Part shown: in pieces, positions 30,131 through 39,240 of the stretch | Layout: every line of letters starts with the position of its first letter | How positions within the stretch are numbered: the first letter of the stretch is position 1 | Assembly: GCA_017500855.1 (NCBI GenBank) | Contig: JAFVYC010000024.1 | Coordinates: 8,330 to 72,329 of the forward strand | Reading direction: 5' to 3' | Source: Clostridia bacterium | GTDB lineage: Bacteria > Bacillota > Clostridia > Christensenellales > CAG-314 | Length of the DNA: 64,000 nucleotides | Notes under the pieces: model-generated | What the model was told of the DNA's origin: nothing | What the model saw: the letters and a program-made list of their open reading frames with translations, nothing else | The model's database searches: none | Translations under genes and position numbers: made by a program

Positions 30131-31308
30131 AAATCTACATCGACCATGCGGCAACAACGCCTTGCGACAAGCAAGTTGTTGAAGCAATGATACCATATTT
30201 CACAGATGCTTTTGGCAATGCCGACAGCCAACACTTTTTCGGCAGGGAAACTGCAAAAGCCGTTGCCGACGCTCGCCAAAGTATTGCGCAAAACATTGGT
30301 TGCAAACCCAACGAACTGTACTTCACGGCAAGTGGAACGGAATCGGACAACTGGGCTTTGAAGGGCGTTGCGTTGCGTCGCAAATCCAAGGGCAACCACG
30401 TCATCGTTTCTTGCATCGAACACCACGCCGTGCTTTCCAGCGCACAGTGGTTGGAAAAACAAGGCTTCAAAGTTACCTACTTGCCGGTTGACAGTCAAGG
30501 CATCGTTCAACCTGCCGAATTGGAAAAAGTCATCGACGACCAAACCATTTTGGTTTCCGTGATGTACGTAAACAACGAAGTTGGCACAATTCAACCAATT
30601 GCTGAACTTGCGCAAATTGCCCACAAACACGGCGCAGTTTTCCACAGCGACTGTGTGCAAGCAATGCCCTACATCAACGTGGACGTCAACCAACTTGGCG
30701 CAGACCTCGTGTCCTTTTCGGCGCACAAATTCTACGGACCAAAAGGCGTTGGCGCATTGTACATCAAGAACGGTTTGAAAATTGACAAACTTGTGTGCGG
30801 TGGCGGACAGGAACGTTCGCAACGTGGTGGAACGTCCAACACGCCTGCCATCGTTGGCATGGCAAAAGCATTGGAAATTGCCAAAGCCGAAATGCAACAA
30901 AACAACCAACACATCCAAGTGTTGTGCAACCACTTTGTGGAACGTGTGGAAAAGGAAATTCCCTTCGTGCGCTACAACGGCAACAAACAACGTTGCGTGC
31001 CAAGCATTGCAAACTTCAGTTTTGAGTTTGTGGAAGGCGAAGGCATTTTGATGCTGATGGATTTCAACGGCATTGCCGTTTCCAGCGGATCTGCATGCAG
31101 TAGTGGCAGTTTGGATCCATCCCACGTGTTGTTGGCAATGGGTGTGCCCATCGAAGTTTCCCACGGGTCAATCAGATTTTCCTTTGGAAAACACAACACC
31201 ATGGAAGAAGTGGACTACACAGTGGACAAACTAAAAGAAACAATTGCAAGGTTGCGAGAAATGTCGCCCTTGTTCAACGCAAAAACCGGAGGAACCTACA
31301 ATGTATAA
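30127..31308 (+). CDS. iscS: Cysteine desulfurase
   Basis: DHAATT, SAHKFYGPKG and SSGSACSS. Confidence 0.95.
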   Translation: MKIYIDHAATTPCDKQVVEAMIPYFTDAFGNADSQHFFGRETAKAVADARQSIAQNIGCKPNELYFTASGTESDNWALKGVALRRKSKGNHVIVSCIEHHAVLSSAQWLEKQGFKVTYLPVDSQGIVQPAELEKVIDDQTILVSVMYVNNEVGTIQPIAELAQIAHKHGAVFHSDCVQAMPYINVDVNQLGADLVSFSAHKFYGPKGVGALYIKNGLKIDKLVCGGGQERSQRGGTSNTPAIVGMAKALEIAKAEMQQNNQHIQVLCNHFVERVEKEIPFVRYNGNKQRCVPSIANFSFEFVEGEGILMLMDFNGIAVSSGSACSSGSLDPSHVLLAMGVPIEVSHGSIRFSFGKHNTMEEVDYTVDKLKETIARLREMSPLFNAKTGGTYNV

Positions 31309-31705
31309 TCAAAAAGTATTGGATGCTTTTGCAAACCCCAAAAACGTTGGCGTGATAGAAAACGCCGATGGAGAAGGCACAGTTGGCAACGCAACTTGTG
31401 GCGACATCATGAAAATAACTCTTAAAATTGTAGACGACGTTATTGTTGATGCAAAATTTCAAACTTTTGGTTGCGCTGCAGCCATTGCAACAAGTTCTAC
31501 TGCAACACAAATGGTTATTGGCATGACTGTTGAAGAAGCGCTAAAAGTTACCAATGCCAAGGTTGTGGAAGAATTGGAAGGTTTGCCACCACAAAAAATT
31601 CACTGTTCCGTTTTGGCAGAAGAAGCCATCAAAAAGGCAATTGAAGACTACCGTGGCAAAAAGAACAACACACCTGTGGACAAATCCAAGGTAGACTTTG
31701 TGTAG
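31301..31705 (+). CDS. iscU: Fe-S scaffold NifU/IscU
   Basis: CGD, FGCAAAIA and LPPQKIHCS. Confidence 0.93.
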   Translation: MYNQKVLDAFANPKNVGVIENADGEGTVGNATCGDIMKITLKIVDDVIVDAKFQTFGCAAAIATSSTATQMVIGMTVEEALKVTNAKVVEELEGLPPQKIHCSVLAEEAIKKAIEDYRGKKNNTPVDKSKVDFV

Positions 31706-31760
31706 GAATATTTTGTTGCAAATTCAACAAACTAGCAACATCACAAAAATGGAGGGGAAC

Positions 31761-31883
31761 ATGAACAAACTTTTTGTTGGAGTGATGTTGGGTGTTGCAA
31801 CAGGCCTGGTTGTGAGCCAAGTTCCGGAAATAAAAGACTTGCTTGCAAAAGGCAAAAAGAAAGTTAAGCAACTCAGCAAGTGA
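31761..31883 (+). CDS. Small membrane peptide (40 aa, resembles a YtxH N-terminus)
   Basis: Strong GGAGGGG SD; GxxxG transmembrane segment followed by a basic tail. Confidence 0.6.
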   Translation: MNKLFVGVMLGVATGLVVSQVPEIKDLLAKGKKKVKQLSK

Positions 31884-31940
31884 TGGCAATTGGCAACACA
31901 CGTTGCCTTTTGCTTTTTACAAAAATGTTTGGCAAAATTG

Positions 31941-31969
31941 TTGTCAACTCTTTGTATTTTTGGTATACT
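31941..31969 (+). promoter_or_regulatory. SigA promoter of ruvX (probably leaderless)
   Basis: TTGTCA-17-TATACT with extended TG; ATG starts 7 nt downstream, no SD. Confidence 0.7.
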
Positions 31970-31975
31970 AGCAAC

Positions 31976-32389
31976 ATGGGAAGAATAATGGCTTTGGACG
32001 TTGGAGACGTTCGCATTGGAGTAGCAATTTCCGACTTGATGCACATCATTGCAAATCCGTTGGAAACATACACACGCAAAGGCAACTTGGAAATTGACGC
32101 CAAGTACATTGCCGACCTTGCGCAAAAAAATGAGGTGGAACTGTTTGTGAGTGGTTTGCCACTTGGTTTGAACGGGTTGGAAAACGAACAAACAACCAAA
32201 ACACGTGCCTTTGTGGAAGAACTTTCCAAGCACACAACAATTCCCGTCAAGTATATGGACGAACGCTTCACAACTTTGAGCGCCGAACGAGTGCTTATTC
32301 AAGGCAACGTTCGCCGTGAAAACAGAAAAAAAGTGATAGACAAAGTTGCTGCAACAATAATTTTGCAAAACTTTTTGGATAGAAAATAA
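31976..32389 (+). CDS. ruvX: RuvX/YqgF resolvase-like nuclease
   Basis: ALDVGDVRIGVA, DERFTT and DKVAA. Confidence 0.93.
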   Translation: MGRIMALDVGDVRIGVAISDLMHIIANPLETYTRKGNLEIDAKYIADLAQKNEVELFVSGLPLGLNGLENEQTTKTRAFVEELSKHTTIPVKYMDERFTTLSAERVLIQGNVRRENRKKVIDKVAATIILQNFLDRK

Positions 32390-32408
32390 AACTTTGGAGG
32401 TATATATT

Positions 32409-32804
32409 ATGGCAGATAAACACGAATGCACATGTGGATGCGACCACGACGAATGCACTTGCGACAGCAACGAAGAAATTGTGTATTTGACAGATGAAAA
32501 CGGACAAGATGTTGGCTACTACTACGTGACAAGCATCATGCACGAAGAAAAGGAATACGTTTTCCTTCAACCTGCAGAAGACGAAGATGCAGGCATGGAA
32601 ATCTACGAAATTCAAGCAGTTGTAGAAGACGGCGAAGAATTTGATTCCTTGTACCCGGTGGACGACGATTTGTACGAAGTTTTGTACGCAAAACTTTTGG
32701 AAATGATTGCTCAAGGCGATGATGGTTGCGATTGTGGTGACGACTGCGATTGTGGCGACGATTGCGATTGTGGCGACCACTGCCATTGCGGAGACGAAGA
32801 ATAG
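32409..32804 (+). CDS. DUF1292 family acidic protein with Cys/His/Asp-rich tails
   Basis: LTDENG...YVFLQP core; position after ruvX. Confidence 0.75.
   Translation: MADKHECTCGCDHDECTCDSNEEIVYLTDENGQDVGYYYVTSIMHEEKEYVFLQPAEDEDAGMEIYEIQAVVEDGEEFDSLYPVDDDLYEVLYAKLLEMIAQGDDGCDCGDDCDCGDDCDCGDHCHCGDEE
32727..32798 (+). repeat. 4 x 18-nt imperfect tandem repeat encoding CDCGDD-type units
   Basis: tgcgattgtggtgacgac / tgcgattgtggcgacgat / tgcgattgtggcgaccac / tgccattgcggagacgaa. Confidence 0.9.
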
Positions 32805-32815
32805 TTTTGTCAAAC

Positions 32816-32846
32816 GGAACCTCACTTTTGGTGGGGTTCTTTTTTT
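32816..32846 (+). terminator. Terminator after the DUF1292 gene
   Basis: ggaacctcac-ttttg-gtggggttct plus T run. Confidence 0.75.
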
Positions 32847-33023
32847 GCACCTCTGCAAAAGTGGTGGTGGCGTGGTGGCAAAAATGCCTTGCATTTCAAC
32901 AAAATTTTGCTTGTTTGGCGCAAATTATTGCTTGTGCAATTGCACAAGTTTCAAAATGAAGTGTTTCTAGTATATATTTAGTGAACAAACAAAATATTTT
33001 TTCAAAATAGTTGTTGTTTTTGG

Positions 33024-33052
33024 TTGCATATTGCGGGGCGTTGTGCTATAAT
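33024..33052 (+). promoter_or_regulatory. SigA promoter of rpsB-tsf
   Basis: TTGCAT-17-TATAAT with extended TG. Confidence 0.75.
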
Positions 33053-33059
33053 TTACAAG

Positions 33060-33150
33060 GTTTAATTCGCATTTGTGCAATATTGTTTCCGATGTGCCAG
33101 TATGCCACTGGTGCGGTGACGAGTTTGACGGCACAAAGAGGTTAAAAACA
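33060..33150 (+). ncRNA. Putative S2 (rpsB) autoregulatory leader
   Basis: Structured 5' UTR: tttgtgc...gcacaaa outer stem and ccagt...actgg inner stem. Confidence 0.55.
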
Positions 33151-33174
33151 ACAAAAAAAAGGAGAATATGAAAA

Positions 33175-33915
33175 ATGGCAGTTGTATCTATGAAACAGCT
33201 TTTGGAAAGTGGCGTTCACTTCGGACACCAAACCAGAAGATGGAACCCCAAAATGAAGAAGTATATCTATGCAGAACGCAATGATATCCACATCATCGAC
33301 CTCAAACAAACAGTTGAACAAGCAGAAGTTGCTTACACATTCGTTCGTGACATCGCTGCTTCCGGCAAACCCATTTTGTTTGTAGGCACAAAGAAGCAAG
33401 CGCAAGAAGCAATCAAAACAGAAGCGCTTCGTTGCGGAATGTACTACATCAACAACCGTTGGTTGGGTGGTACACTCACAAACTACAAAACAATCAAATC
33501 TCGTATTGAAAGGCTCAATCGCATCAACCAAATGGAAAAGCTTGGCGAACTTGAAGTTCTTCCAAAGAAAGAAGTTGCAAAACTCCTTGAAGAACGTGAC
33601 AAGTTGGAAGCAAACCTTGGCGGTATCAAGGAAATGAAGGGCATGCCCGGTTGCTTGTTCATTGTAGACCCCAAAAAGGAATCCATTGCTGTTGCAGAAG
33701 CACACGCTTTGAACATCCCCATCGTTGCAATTGTAGACACAAACTGCGATCCAGACCAAGTTGACGTAGTTATCCCTGCAAACGACGACGCTATCGGCGC
33801 AATCAAAGTTATTTCCTCCATTATCTCCGGCGCAGTTATCGAAGCTAAGGAAGGAATTGTTTTGACAGCACCAGAAGACAAAGAAGAATCTAGTGAGGAG
33901 ACAAACAATGGCTAA
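33175..33915 (+). CDS. rpsB: 30S ribosomal protein S2
   Basis: [15 protein letters not shown]. Confidence 0.98.
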   Translation: MAVVSMKQLLESGVHFGHQTRRWNPKMKKYIYAERNDIHIIDLKQTVEQAEVAYTFVRDIAASGKPILFVGTKKQAQEAIKTEALRCGMYYINNRWLGGTLTNYKTIKSRIERLNRINQMEKLGELEVLPKKEVAKLLEERDKLEANLGGIKEMKGMPGCLFIVDPKKESIAVAEAHALNIPIVAIVDTNCDPDQVDVVIPANDDAIGAIKVISSIISGAVIEAKEGIVLTAPEDKEESSEETNNG

Positions 33916-34840
33916 TTTTACAAATGCAGACGTAATGAAACTTCGTGAACAAACAGGCGTTGGTATGATGGACTGCAAAAAGGCTCTCGTTGCTACCGAC
34001 GGTAACTTCGACGAAGCAGTGAAGTATCTCCGTGAAAAGGGCATGGCTTCCGCATCCAAAAAGCAAAGCCGTGTTGCTGCTGAAGGTCTTGTAAAATGCG
34101 CAGTTTCTGCCGACAAGAAAACAGGCGTTATTTTGGAAATCAACTGCGAAACAGACTTTGTTGCACGTAGCGACCAATTCATTGCATTGATGGACAACAT
34201 TGCAAACCACATTTTGCAATCCAACGCACAAACAGTAGAACAACTTCTTGAAGAAGCATACTACCTTGACGGCGCTTCCAAAATTGCTGACCTTGTTGCA
34301 GTTGCAACAGCAACAATCGGCGAAAAGATTTCTCTTCGCAGATTTGCAAAATTCAGCTTGGAACAAAACGGTGTTGTTGCTAGCTACATCCACATGGGTG
34401 GCAAAATCGGCGTTCTTGCAGAAATCAAGAGCGAAGCTCCAGTAGATGCATTGCAAGAACTTGCATTCAACATCTGTTTGCAAATTGCTGCAAGCAAACC
34501 ACAAGTTGTTGCTATCGCAGACGTAGACGCTTCCAACCTTGAACAAGAACGTGAAATCCTCACTGCTCAAGCAAAGAACGAAGGCAAGCCCGAAGCAGTA
34601 ATTGCAAAAATGGTAGAAGGCCGTATTCGCAAGTACTACAAAGAAGTATGCCTTCTTGAACAAGAATACGTTCGTGACTCTGCTTTGGCTGTTAAGCAAG
34701 TTATTGCTGACTGCGCAAAGAGCACAGGTTGCGAAATTGTTGTTACAAGATTTGTTCGTTACGAAATGGGCGAGGGTATTGAAAAGCGTCAAGACAACTT
34801 TGCTGACGAAATTGCTCAACAACTTAAGGGTCTTAACTAA
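33908..34840 (+). CDS. tsf: Elongation factor Ts
   Basis: [16 protein letters not shown] and NCETDFVA. Confidence 0.98.
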   Translation: MANFTNADVMKLREQTGVGMMDCKKALVATDGNFDEAVKYLREKGMASASKKQSRVAAEGLVKCAVSADKKTGVILEINCETDFVARSDQFIALMDNIANHILQSNAQTVEQLLEEAYYLDGASKIADLVAVATATIGEKISLRRFAKFSLEQNGVVASYIHMGGKIGVLAEIKSEAPVDALQELAFNICLQIAASKPQVVAIADVDASNLEQEREILTAQAKNEGKPEAVIAKMVEGRIRKYYKEVCLLEQEYVRDSALAVKQVIADCAKSTGCEIVVTRFVRYEMGEGIEKRQDNFADEIAQQLKGLN

Positions 34841-34855
34841 TTCATATTAAGTATC

Positions 34856-34888
34856 AAAGGGGACAAACTTGTGTATTGTCCCCTTTTT
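34856..34888 (+). terminator. Terminator after tsf
   Basis: aaaggggacaa...ttgtccccttttt. Confidence 0.8.
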
Positions 34889-34908
34889 GAAAATTTGCGA
34901 GGTGTACT

Positions 34909-35607
34909 GTGGCAAAGTATAACAGAGTAATTATCAAAATTAGTGGCGAAGCACTTTCTACCAACAAGTTTGGCATTCAAAACCCAGCGGTGGAAGTTGT
35001 TGCGCAACAAATCAAGTCGGTTGTAGATAAGGGCGTTGAAGTTGGCGTTGTTGTTGGCGGTGGCAACTTTTGGCGTGGCAGAACAAGCCAAAGCATGGAC
35101 CGTGCCAAAGCCGACTACATTGGAATGCTTGCAACGGTGATGAACGGCCTTGCCCTTGGCGAAGCACTTTCGGCAATTGGCATCGACAACCACGTTGTTT
35201 CCAGCCTTGCCATCGACAAAGTTTGCGAAACTTTCTTCCTTCCCAACGTGTTGAACTACCTGAACAACAAGCAAGTTGTCATTTTCGTTGGCGGAACGGG
35301 CAACCCCTACTTCTCGACGGACTCGGCAGCATCCTTGCGTGCTTGCGAAGTACACGCCGATGCAATTTTGTGCGCAAAAGCAGTGGATGGCATCTACGAC
35401 AGCGACCCCGGTAGCAACCCTCACGCAAAGAAGTACGACGAAATTTCCTACGACAAGGTTATTGCCGACAACTTGAAGGCAATGGACTTGACTTCCATTG
35501 CAATGTGCAGGGAGTACGGTGTGAAACTTGTTGTTTTCTCCAAAGACGAACCAAACGGCCTTGCAAGAGTGGTTGATGGAGAAAAATTGGGAACAATTGT
35601 GAAATAA
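34909..35607 (+). CDS. pyrH: UMP kinase
   Basis: KISGEAL, GGGNFWRG and GTGNPYFSTD. Confidence 0.97.
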   Translation: MAKYNRVIIKISGEALSTNKFGIQNPAVEVVAQQIKSVVDKGVEVGVVVGGGNFWRGRTSQSMDRAKADYIGMLATVMNGLALGEALSAIGIDNHVVSSLAIDKVCETFFLPNVLNYLNNKQVVIFVGGTGNPYFSTDSAASLRACEVHADAILCAKAVDGIYDSDPGSNPHAKKYDEISYDKVIADNLKAMDLTSIAMCREYGVKLVVFSKDEPNGLARVVDGEKLGTIVK

Positions 35608-35610
35608 CTA

Positions 35611-35639
35611 TTGAAATTTGTTCAATAATATAGTACAAT
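35611..35639 (+). promoter_or_regulatory. SigA promoter of frr
   Basis: TTGAAA-17-TACAAT. Confidence 0.6.
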
Positions 35640-35670
35640 AGATATATACTACATATACAGGAGATTTACT

Positions 35671-36246
35671 ATGAACTACGCAAATCCTCAAATTGAAAAT
35701 ATTTTTGCAACTTTCGAATTTGAATGTGAAAAAGCCATCGACTACATCAAGACAGAGTACTCCTTGATGCGTGCAGGTCGTGCTAACCCAAAACTTGTGG
35801 AAAACATTCGTGTTAACTACTACGGCGCACTAACACCCATCAACCAAATGGGCAACATTTCCGTTCCGGAATCTCGCACTTTGCTCATCACATTGTGGGA
35901 CAAATCTGCTTTGAGCCTTGTTCAAAAGGCAATTCTTGCTGCAAACATTGGCGTGACACCACAAAACGATGGCTCAGTTATTCGCTTGACATTCCCTGCT
36001 TTGACAGAAGAACGTCGTCGTGACCTTGTGAAGCAAGTAAAAAAACTTGCCGAAGAATGCAAAGTTGTTTTGCGCAACAAGCGCCGTGATGCAATGGATG
36101 CACTCAAAAAGGAAAAGAATGCAAAAACTGTAAGCGAAGATCTTATTGCCGACTACGAAAAGGAAGTTGACAAGCAACTTGCAAAACTTATTGAAAGTGT
36201 AGATGCACTTGCCAAGAACAAAGAAAAGGATGTTATGTCTGTTTGA
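35671..36246 (+). CDS. frr: Ribosome recycling factor
   Basis: RAGRANP and LTEERRRDLVK. Confidence 0.97.
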   Translation: MNYANPQIENIFATFEFECEKAIDYIKTEYSLMRAGRANPKLVENIRVNYYGALTPINQMGNISVPESRTLLITLWDKSALSLVQKAILAANIGVTPQNDGSVIRLTFPALTEERRRDLVKQVKKLAEECKVVLRNKRRDAMDALKKEKNAKTVSEDLIADYEKEVDKQLAKLIESVDALAKNKEKDVMSV

Positions 36247-36449
36247 TGATTGACGCAAAACATCTGATTGGACTAGAACTTAGTCAAGCAAAAGAATGGC
36301 TGTTGCAACAAGGCATTGCAAACTATCAAGTGGTGCTTGCTGTAGACAGAAAACAAGACAAATTCGACAAGGAGATTGTTACTTGCGTGCGAACAAAAGG
36401 CGAAACCTTGCAGTTGATTGCGTGCAGGTATTTGTTTGAAATTGAGTAA
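36246..36449 (+). CDS. Small hypothetical protein between frr and uppS
   Basis: Overlaps both neighbours; LIGLELSQAKEWL resembles a PASTA N-terminus. Confidence 0.65.
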   Translation: MIDAKHLIGLELSQAKEWLLQQGIANYQVVLAVDRKQDKFDKEIVTCVRTKGETLQLIACRYLFEIE

Positions 36450-37125
36450 CTTTCCACAACATATTGCAATAATAATGGACGGCAATGGCAGATGGGCGGA
36501 ACAACGCAATTTGCCAAGGTCGGATGGACACAAGAAGGGACTTGAAACTGTTGAACGCATAATTTCGCATTGCAAAGACATTGGTATCAAGTACCTTTCT
36601 TTGTATGTTTTCTCAACGGAAAATTGGAAGCGTTCCAAGGAAGAGGTTGCAAATTTGTTTGACCTTGCCTACAGGTATTTGGGCAGGCTAGACAACTTTT
36701 GCAAGCAAGACATCAAAATTGTTGTGTCTGGAGATTTGACCAAACTGCCAACAAAACTTTGCAAACGTATTGAAAAGATTCAGCAAAGAACGCAAAACGC
36801 AACGGCGCTTTGTTTGAATTTGTGCATAAACTACGGTGGACGGCAGGAAATTGCCGTTGCCTGCCAAAGAGTTTTGCAACAAGGGTTGCAAGTGACGGAG
36901 CAAAACATTCTTCAAAACTTGTACCAAAACTTGCCCGAACCGGAAATTGTGGTGCGCACGGGAGGACACAAACGGCTTTCTAACTTCTTGTTGTTCCAAA
37001 GCGCCTACTCCGAATTGTATTTTTGCGATACTTTTTGGCCGGACTTTGACGAAAAACAACTGGACGACATCGTTGCCGACTACACAAGTGTGACAAGAAA
37101 TTTTGGAGGACTACCCAATGCTTAA
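36436..37125 (+). CDS. uppS: Undecaprenyl diphosphate synthase
   Basis: HIAIIMDGNGRWA, FSTENWKR and RLSNFLL; start approximate. Confidence 0.95.
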   Translation: MKLSNFPQHIAIIMDGNGRWAEQRNLPRSDGHKKGLETVERIISHCKDIGIKYLSLYVFSTENWKRSKEEVANLFDLAYRYLGRLDNFCKQDIKIVVSGDLTKLPTKLCKRIEKIQQRTQNATALCLNLCINYGGRQEIAVACQRVLQQGLQVTEQNILQNLYQNLPEPEIVVRTGGHKRLSNFLLFQSAYSELYFCDTFWPDFDEKQLDDIVADYTSVTRNFGGLPNA

Positions 37126-38137
37126 CAAAAAATCTTTTTTGAACAGAACGTTGGTTGCATTGGGCGTGTTCGTTGTCATCGTTGGCATTTTGGCGTTGGA
37201 TATTTTCTTCACAAACTACCACACGAGCCAAAATCATTCTTGGATTAGTGGTCGTGCAATCAACTCGCTGATTTTTTCCGTTTTGATTTTTTTGACGGTG
37301 TTGGAAATGCGCCGTGCTTTGGGCGTGGAGCGCATTCCACATTGTTTCAGTTGGATTTTGTGGGCGTATGCAATTGGACTTGGGCCAAGCTACAGTTTGT
37401 TTGGTTTCACGGGCATTTTGTTTTTCACGCTCATTGTGTTTTCCGCATCCGTTGTGACGGCAATGGCAAGGAACAAAACGGAAAGTTTGATCTACATTGC
37501 GTTCATGCTTGTGTACCCCGGTTTGTTCATGGCAAGTTTGCTGTACATCAACCGTTGCGCAAGCACGCAATACATACCCGAAACAAGCCCGTTGTACAAC
37601 TTTTTGGAAGTTGACGTGTGGACGCACTTGGGTGGCAACAGAGTGGCGCAACTTTTGCCCTACAACGCCATCGGTTTGGCATTTGTGTTTGCCGTGTCCA
37701 CAATGACGGACGTTTTTGCCTATCTTGTAGGCAGTTTGTTTGGAAAACACAAACTTTGCCCACAAATCAGCCCCAAAAAGACGGTGGAAGGCGCCATTGG
37801 TGGTTTGTTCGGTGGCTTGTTTGGCTCGGCGGTGGTGTTCTTTTTGTTCGACTTTTGCCACGTTGCGGGTCTTGATTGGGCTTTCTTTGGCAAACAGTTC
37901 GGGCTTTCTTTCCATAACCTTTCGCCACTAAATTTGATTTTGTGCTACGTCGTTATTGGGCTGTTGGGCTCGCTGATGACACAAATTGGCGACTTGCTTG
38001 CCAGCATGGTCAAGCGTTACTGTGGAATAAAGGACTACAGCAAAATTTTGGGAGAACATGGAGGAATAATGGACAGGTTCGACGGCATAATGCTTAATGC
38101 TGTGTTTGTTGCTACTGTCTATATGTTTATTATCTGA
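37118..38137 (+). CDS. cdsA: Phosphatidate cytidylyltransferase
   Basis: ISPKKTVEG, KRYCGIKD and HGGIMDRFD. Confidence 0.93.
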   Translation: MLNKKSFLNRTLVALGVFVVIVGILALDIFFTNYHTSQNHSWISGRAINSLIFSVLIFLTVLEMRRALGVERIPHCFSWILWAYAIGLGPSYSLFGFTGILFFTLIVFSASVVTAMARNKTESLIYIAFMLVYPGLFMASLLYINRCASTQYIPETSPLYNFLEVDVWTHLGGNRVAQLLPYNAIGLAFVFAVSTMTDVFAYLVGSLFGKHKLCPQISPKKTVEGAIGGLFGGLFGSAVVFFLFDFCHVAGLDWAFFGKQFGLSFHNLSPLNLILCYVVIGLLGSLMTQIGDLLASMVKRYCGIKDYSKILGEHGGIMDRFDGIMLNAVFVATVYMFII

Positions 38138-39240
38138 TGAAAAAAGTTGCCGTGCTTGGATGTACCGGCTCGATAGGCACACAAACGTTGGACGTCATTC
38201 GCAATCACAAAGATGAACTTTGTGTCCATTCGTTGGTTGCCTATTCCAATTTGCAAGGGCTGGAAAAACTGAATAGAGAATTTTCGCCAAAGTATAGCGG
38301 ACTGATTTCTGTTGACGGGGAAGAATGTTTGTTGAATGCCGTGCGTGGTGCCGATGTTTGCGTTGTTGCAACACGTGGCATCGTTGCATTGCAAGCAGTT
38401 TTGTACTGTTTGGACAACGGCATTGACGTTGCGCTTGCCAACAAGGAGGTTCTTGTGTGCGCAGGATGCATCGTCATGCCCAAAGTTGGCAAGGCAAAAT
38501 TGTTGCCTGTGGACAGCGAACATTGCGCCATCTCCCAGTGCCTTCTTGGCAAAAACAGGGGGGACGTGTGCAAATTATTGCTTACTGCAAGTGGTGGCCC
38601 CTTCTTCGAAAAGGACAAAAACTGCTTTGCAAGTTTCACTGCCCAAGACGCTTTGAAACACCCCAATTGGTCGATGGGAAGCAAGATTACCATCGACAGC
38701 GCAACAATGTTCAACAAAGCGTTGGAAGTTGTTGAAGCAAGCCATTTGTTTGGCGTTGAAGCGCAAGACATTCAAATTGTGGTGCACCGTCAAAGCGTGG
38801 TGCATTCCATGGTGCAATTTGTTGATGGAAGCGTGCTGTGTCAAATGGCAAGCCCCGACATGAGGCTTCCCATACAAACGGCGCTTTTGCATTGTTGCAA
38901 ACCAAGCAACGTTCAACAGTTGGATTTTGAGCAACTGATGACGTTGACTTTTCAAAAATGTGATTTCGAAAAATTTCCTTGCGCAAAGTTGGGCTACGAA
39001 ATTTTCAACTACCCACCAATTTGCGCAACTGTGATGAATGCATCCAACGACGTGTGCGTGGAAAGTTTTTTGCAAGGAATCTTGCCATTCGATGCTTTCT
39101 ACGACGTCATCAAAACGGCTGTTTTGCATTTTGCCGATACGGCGCAAAACGTTGCTGTGACAATTGAAACAATAAAAGAATTCGACGGTTTGGCAAAGCA
39201 ATTTACCAAGCAGTTGATTTGGGAGAGATATGGTAAATAA
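38137..39240 (+). CDS. dxr: 1-deoxy-D-xylulose-5-phosphate reductoisomerase
   Basis: LGCTGSIG, LANKE, PVDSEH, TASGGPF and HPNWSMG. Confidence 0.96.
   Translation: MKKVAVLGCTGSIGTQTLDVIRNHKDELCVHSLVAYSNLQGLEKLNREFSPKYSGLISVDGEECLLNAVRGADVCVVATRGIVALQAVLYCLDNGIDVALANKEVLVCAGCIVMPKVGKAKLLPVDSEHCAISQCLLGKNRGDVCKLLLTASGGPFFEKDKNCFASFTAQDALKHPNWSMGSKITIDSATMFNKALEVVEASHLFGVEAQDIQIVVHRQSVVHSMVQFVDGSVLCQMASPDMRLPIQTALLHCCKPSNVQQLDFEQLMTLTFQKCDFEKFPCAKLGYEIFNYPPICATVMNASNDVCVESFLQGILPFDAFYDVIKTAVLHFADTAQNVAVTIETIKEFDGLAKQFTKQLIWERYGK

Noticed and set aside
32727-32798. Possible CRISPR-like repeat
   Set aside because: Contiguous in-frame coding repeats without spacers; no cas genes in the window.
32962-32990. 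dif-like AT-rich stretch (tttctagtatatatttagtgaac)
   Set aside because: Poor match to the XerD arm; lies in the rpsB upstream region.
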